Shown here: positions 25,301-29,683 of the stretch, in pieces
Layout: each line of letters opens with the position of its first letter
How positions within the stretch are numbered: position 1 is the first letter of the stretch
From: Cystobasidiomycetes sp. EMM_F5
Taxonomy: Eukaryota
Direction of reading: 5' to 3'
Assembly: GCA_051047955.1 (NCBI GenBank)
Contig: JBPGPT010000049.1
Span: 62,001 to 91,683 of the forward strand
Length of the DNA stretch: 29,683 bases
Position numbers and translations under genes: made by a program
Notes under the pieces: model-generated
Told to the model about the DNA's origin: nothing
The model's database searches: none
What the model saw: the letters and a program-made list of their open reading frames with translations, nothing else

Positions 25301-26304
25301 CGAGGTTCGTACTTCGAGCATTGGTATCATTGCGTAATAAGTCCGTGAGGAAGCTGACAGATTTATTGAGGTCGCGCGAAGCAGCTGGAACCATCTCCGA
25401 TGGCAGCACATCAGGGATTGGATTACCGCTCAAGTCTGTTTCAGTGGTCAGCAACAAGATTTTTGATGCACTTTGCAGACTTTTACGTCACAGCACTCAC
25501 TCCGATATATCAGACCCATGGCCACATGGAACTCTGGAAGATTGAGCTTGCCTCGATTCTCACGGTCCGAGAGGGCCCTGCGAGGTGAAAGACAGTCATC
25601 GGTTTGGGACTAGCTCTGCTTCATATACTCAATCAAAGGACAGCGACGAGCTGAACGTACCAGATCTTCATCAGACTTTCCCGGTCGAGACCGCTCTCCT
25701 TGAAGACGTCCAGAGCACGCTCTCCGTCGATATAACCGGACCCGCGATCCCAAGCTCGGAAAATGTCGTCGTAGTTTCGCCGCTCATCATCCGTGAGCGC
25801 CCATTGCACTTGTACGGAGCTTTGACCCAATGCTTGCTGGTTGTGTTGCTCAAAGTATTGCGGCAAGCCCTGAAGCTGAGGATTCTGATACGATTGCTGC
25901 TGTTGCTGCGGTGGAGGGGCGAAGGAAGGACCGTACTGCTGCTGAAGGTGCTGCTGTTGCTGCCCGCCGGCGTTCCACCCAGCATTGGGATTCGACGGCA
26001 TGAATGTCGATACAAACTGCGACGGAACAGCGGCGAAGCTCCCGAGCATTGGGCCAGGCATCGACTGCCCACCGACAAAGCCCGTCGGCTGAGCCATCAT
26101 TGGCTGTGGTGCTGCGTACGTTGGCGGAGGAGCGGCGTAACCTGTCTGCATCGGCTGCTGAAACTGAGCCTGCCTGTTGCCGGCGTAGGCCTGCTGCCCT
26201 GGATACCCGAGGCCAGTAGCCATGACTCCAAGGTGCTGCTGGGGCTGAGGTTGCCAGCCGGTCTGCTGCGGCGCCAGCCTTTGGTTTGACCATTGCGGAT
26301 TCAT
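22374..26304 (-). CDS. CIN1: Intersectin/Pan1-like endocytic scaffold (Cin1-type): QxTG repeats, EH domain, coiled coil, NPF, WH2, two SH3 domains
   Basis: ATG 26304, with QQTG/MQTG/QPTG repeats. EH domain WALTDDERRNYDDIFRAWD...LMKIW|ALSDRENRGKLNLPEFHVAMGLIY, then a charged coiled coil and TNPF. WH2 RSALLDAIQSGTRLKKAVTKDRS; SH3 LFSYDA...DWLYG...GWLPKSYV; second SH3 VLYDYTAQGDDEL...EDWVRG...GLVPKAYVAETS*, stop at 22374. Confidence 0.85.
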
Positions 26305-26687
26305 TCTTAATGACGATAGAACGACAGCTGGTTCCCGTTGCTGCTTCGCTTGAACTCTTGCTTGCACGTCCTGCCCTAATCTCCACGGCAGATACGTTTC
26401 GCTCCGTCAAAGTCAGTCTCTGATCCTGTCCGTGCAGTCGGTCGATATCCTTCCCGTTTTTGGTCTACCTCGCGTCAGAAGGAGGCTGTAAAGAAGCGAC
26501 TCAAGCTGATGCAAACGCTGACAAGCACAAGATGTCTAGCTGACACTTTAGCACCGCGACGCAAAGCTCGTTGCACAGAGCCCAAGCGGCCCTACAACGT
26601 CTGATGGCGAAGGCTGCCGCAATATTCTCCGCTTTCTGCGACAGAAACTATTTGAAGGGAAACGCAATACCACTAACCTGAAGAAGA

Positions 26688-27600
26688 ATGACTGACTCCT
26701 GCACATGTATGCACGGAGATGTTCGGATGCCTAGCTCGGCGACCCATATAGCGTGGACAGAGCTGAGTAGAAGAATTGCAAAGCGCAGTAGTCCCACGCA
26801 AGATACGTTCAACTGCCGACTGATGTCGAAGAACGTATTATATGACCGGCATTACAGTCATCTGGAGATACTCAGAGATGTGTTGCCGAAGATTTTGAAC
26901 TCGACGGGCATATCACCCCTTTACATTTACTACCCTGCAAACAGTCAATCGCGGTGGGACTGGCCCGCAGAGGCATTTTTAGTACTTGATAAGGAAGGCC
27001 TTACCAATACCCCACAAAATGGACAGTACTTCGGTATGATGCGTATCGAAGTTTTCGAGGGTTAGGGCTTTAACACCTTGCGTTCAATCGAGTGGATGGC
27101 GCGCTTCATTACCCTGTCAATTTCCATTTCTCGGGCGTTCCTTATGGCCTATCCAAAAACCGACTGGAGGAAACAATCAGAACCTGGGATATGATGTATA
27201 GCCTTAGTGGCTTTAAGAACCTCGCAAGTTAAGGAACTTGGTATCCCTTCTGATAAATGGAATGTCTCCATGGTTGTCGCCTACAGCAGTCATACTTGCG
27301 CTGAGGATCAGTACAAACAACGTTGGAGGCAGACGGCAGACACGTCCAAACCTCTCCATGAATCTATAGAGAGTAAGGACTCGGTTAACGGTGGAGCGAG
27401 AGGCGGTAATATCAACATTGCTATCTCCTCCGATCTGTCCCATTTATGGCGGAGAGTGCAAGTACGAGCGTGCATGTCCTTCGCTCCACACTACCATACA
27501 ATTCGCGACCGCTATTAAGGTCAAACCTGAGGCAGGACCCAGCCATGTCCGGTTCACCACCCAAAAGTCGGATGATAAAAAGCGTGAGAGACAATAAAAG
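26688..27600 (+). pseudogene. Possible interrupted or decayed gene of unknown family
   Basis: ORFs 26688-27065 and 27207-27518 share one frame broken by only two stops. Protein-like stretches (HLEILRDVLPKILNSTG...RWDWPAEAFLVLD; VDGALHYPVNFHFSGVPYG) are flanked by splice-like sites. No family recognised and no clean gene model found. Confidence 0.25.
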
Positions 27601-27778
27601 GCGAGTCTTTGCATGTTTTATTAAATATCACTCCGCTAATTTAAGTTGTCACAGCCTAATACTTCTGTCGGACTGGCATCTCTCTGGTATAAGGTTCTAC
27701 AAGGTTGATATAATGTATGTTATAAATCCTATCGACCTTTGAAAATGATCAGTAACTGAAAGGAATCGATAAATAGCT

Positions 27779-28381
27779 CGATTACTACATGCTGCTTCGA
27801 GTACTCCAGCCCCGGAAAACGACGCCTCTAGGGAAGAGGAAACTCCGACCGCGCGCAAGCCGAAGCGCGAGCACAATGAACGGGAAGACGAGAACGAGGA
27901 GGAGGATGGCCAGGAGCGCGTTGTTAAAGGCATGCCTCCGGCAAAGAAGGCTAAAGGGTTGCAGGTCGCCCCTGTTGTGCAGGAACGTGAGACCCTCGAA
28001 CAGGTCTTTGCTCGTGCTAGTTGCGCGGCTTCTCCGGAGGAGGACAATAACTGCTTACGGAACATATTGTGGAGGCAAATCGCTGATACCTATCACAAAC
28101 GAAAGGCCGCTCATAATAAGACCCGCGTCGCTCCTATCGCTAAGGCGGCTTCGAAGACTCCTACGCAAGCAGCGTCTTCGTCCGCCCCTGCAAAGAAGGC
28201 TGCAAAGGAAGAAGCTGAGGCGAAAGTCAAAGCGAAAGCAGAGAAACGAAAAGCACAGCGCTTTCGCAAGGTTGCTAAGAAACAGTCTAAGTTAGACCCG
28301 AAAGGAAAGGGCGAAGAGACTGAGCCGGACGTGGAAGGCGATGACCCTGAGGATAATAATGAGGATAAACACGAAACGTGA
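27779..28381 (+). CDS. Hypothetical low-complexity Lys/Ala/Glu-rich protein (single ORF from ATG 27932, or terminal exon of a decayed gene)
   Basis: The frame stays open upstream of ATG 27932 to about 27773 (RLLHAASSTPAPENDASREEETPTARKPKREHNEREDENEEEDGQER...). It has NLS-like PPAKKAK and AKKAAK runs and an acidic tail, and is preceded by a GTATGT...ATAG intron-like segment (27715-27776). Confidence 0.4.
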   Translation, partial: RLLHAASSTPAPENDASREEETPTARKPKREHNEREDENEEEDGQERVVKGMPPAKKAKGLQVAPVVQERETLEQVFARASCAASPEEDNNCLRNILWRQIADTYHKRKAAHNKTRVAPIAKAASKTPTQAASSSAPAKKAAKEEAEAKVKAKAEKRKAQRFRKVAKKQSKLDPKGKGEETEPDVEGDDPEDNNEDKHET

Positions 28382-29683
28382 TTTCCTCCAGTGTGTGGGC
28401 GTATTTAATACTTGCACTGCTTTATCGTTCTACCTTCTTTTCCCGAATCATCGTTTCGCTTCTTTTAATCGCGGCTCATAACCTTAATAATACACACGTA
28501 AGCAGGCGGTTAGTGCGGTTAGTGGGCTAGAGATTTACATACTTAGGCAGGCTACCTTTGCTTTGGATGGATGATTGTCTGACCCAAAAAATTATATAAG
28601 ACCAAAAACATAGTGAGTATAATAGTGTCGGGAGGGGGAGAGCGCTGAGGTCGATCTGCACCGGTACGGACTGCGCTTGACTTGGCTTGACTGGGTGAGT
28701 ACTGTCTCCAGTCTGAATTCATTCAGGGTCGTAGATACTGCCACTAAAAGAGAGCTCCCCCTATTTTGCATTTGAAGGCAGTCCTTGCATTTGCAACACC
28801 AGGGAGCAGTAATGCTGTAGGGTCACGCGCAGCTCATTCTGCGCGTACATCGGTGGAGTGCAGAGCTGCTCCCATCTTTGCTGCGCTTGATTGTAGCGCA
28901 GACTGATAGTGTGATGCGAAGTACTGATGACAAGGTTAACACCGCTGAGGGTAAAAAGCGCAGACCTTTATGACGTCGTTATGTTCAAATTACGACTGTA
29001 GGAAAGAGTGGATGTGATGCGTAGCACAGCACATACAAAGAGTAGGTGTTAATCTAGTTATGTCCTTCGGTCTCTCCGAAAGAGGCCCTCCAAGCCGCAA
29101 GACATCCACAAATAGCTTTTGTGCCGGCGCCTACGATGGTGTGTCTGTACTTAGCTTGCATGAGAATTCAACAAACAGAAGTGCAAGACACAACCTGTTC
29201 TATGCCAACACGGTTTACTCATCCCTTACTTGTAGAATGTGCTTCTCAATCCTTCCCAAGTGAGCTGGAATCATGGTGCACACATACGCGCTTGAGTGAA
29301 AGACAAAACTGAAGCAATATAGTATAAAGTTGCAAAGTGAGGGCGACACAGTGTTTACATAGCGAATGCCGAGCTCCTGCTCAAAAGTGCGACCATGACT
29401 AAGATTTGGTGGCTGTCTATCCACAAAATTTTAACGCAATGCTAACAATCGACCACATTGAAATTGGACGTCATCTAGTCTCAATCACCCAAGGTCAAAC
29501 AATCATGATGGCAGTGTCGTGCAGAACAGATTTCTACAAGCTTCATGCGTTTTTTGAACGAGTTTCGGAAAGTTTGCGGAAGTATAGCATCGATGAACAG
29601 CATTTTTCAACTTGCAGCTTGCACACAGCTTTTGAATGTCGAGGATGGACTTCATGTAGATTGGTCTAAGTAAGAGCTACAAG

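Noticed and set aside
25585..26410. Long overlapping ORFs 25585-26289 (+) and 25850-26410 (-)
   Set aside because: Stop-poor shadows of the GC-rich, Gln-rich first exon of the intersectin gene.
27059..27067. GGGTTAGGG telomere-like sequence
   Set aside because: A single unit, expected by chance; no array.
28506..28523. GCGGTTAGT x2 tandem repeat
   Set aside because: Only two copies; not a telomere, CRISPR array or transposon end that I can support.
28925..28948. TGATGA...CTGA, C/D-box-like pair
   Set aside because: The boxes are too close together and there is no terminal stem or evident guide sequence.
29060..29669. Short ORFs near the right edge
   Set aside because: All under 90 aa with no motifs and no consistent exon chain.

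Overview
Gene-dense, intron-rich eukaryotic DNA from a fungus. Short GT-AG introns with CTRAY branch points and a Cin1-type intersectin suggest a basidiomycete yeast (inference). Bases 1-26304 hold eleven recognisable genes separated by only about 55-280 bp. In order: the 5' end of a divergent mannose-6-phosphate isomerase-like gene (absent from the ORF track because it runs off the window), GPI11/PIG-F, a MOV10/SDE3-like SF1 RNA helicase, RNA15/CstF-64, THOC5, a Bax inhibitor-1 family gene, an XMAP215/Stu2 TOG protein, DHX35, Aurora kinase, a ZNF511-like C2H2 protein and an EH-WH2-SH3-SH3 intersectin. Eight of these form four head-to-head pairs. The last ~3.3 kb is different: it looks more AT/TpA-rich, holds only broken or unrecognisable ORFs, and has one Lys/Ala/Glu-rich ORF. 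I found no tRNA, rRNA, CRISPR array or recognisable transposon, and no clear-cut novel system. The best leads are a short-form-only Cin1, the divergent PMI, a PAM2-like motif and an in-frame P-loop intron in the helicase, a shared GACGCG promoter motif, recurrent AAG splice acceptors, and the possibly RIP-like terminal region. All exon structures were spliced by hand and need RNA-seq confirmation.
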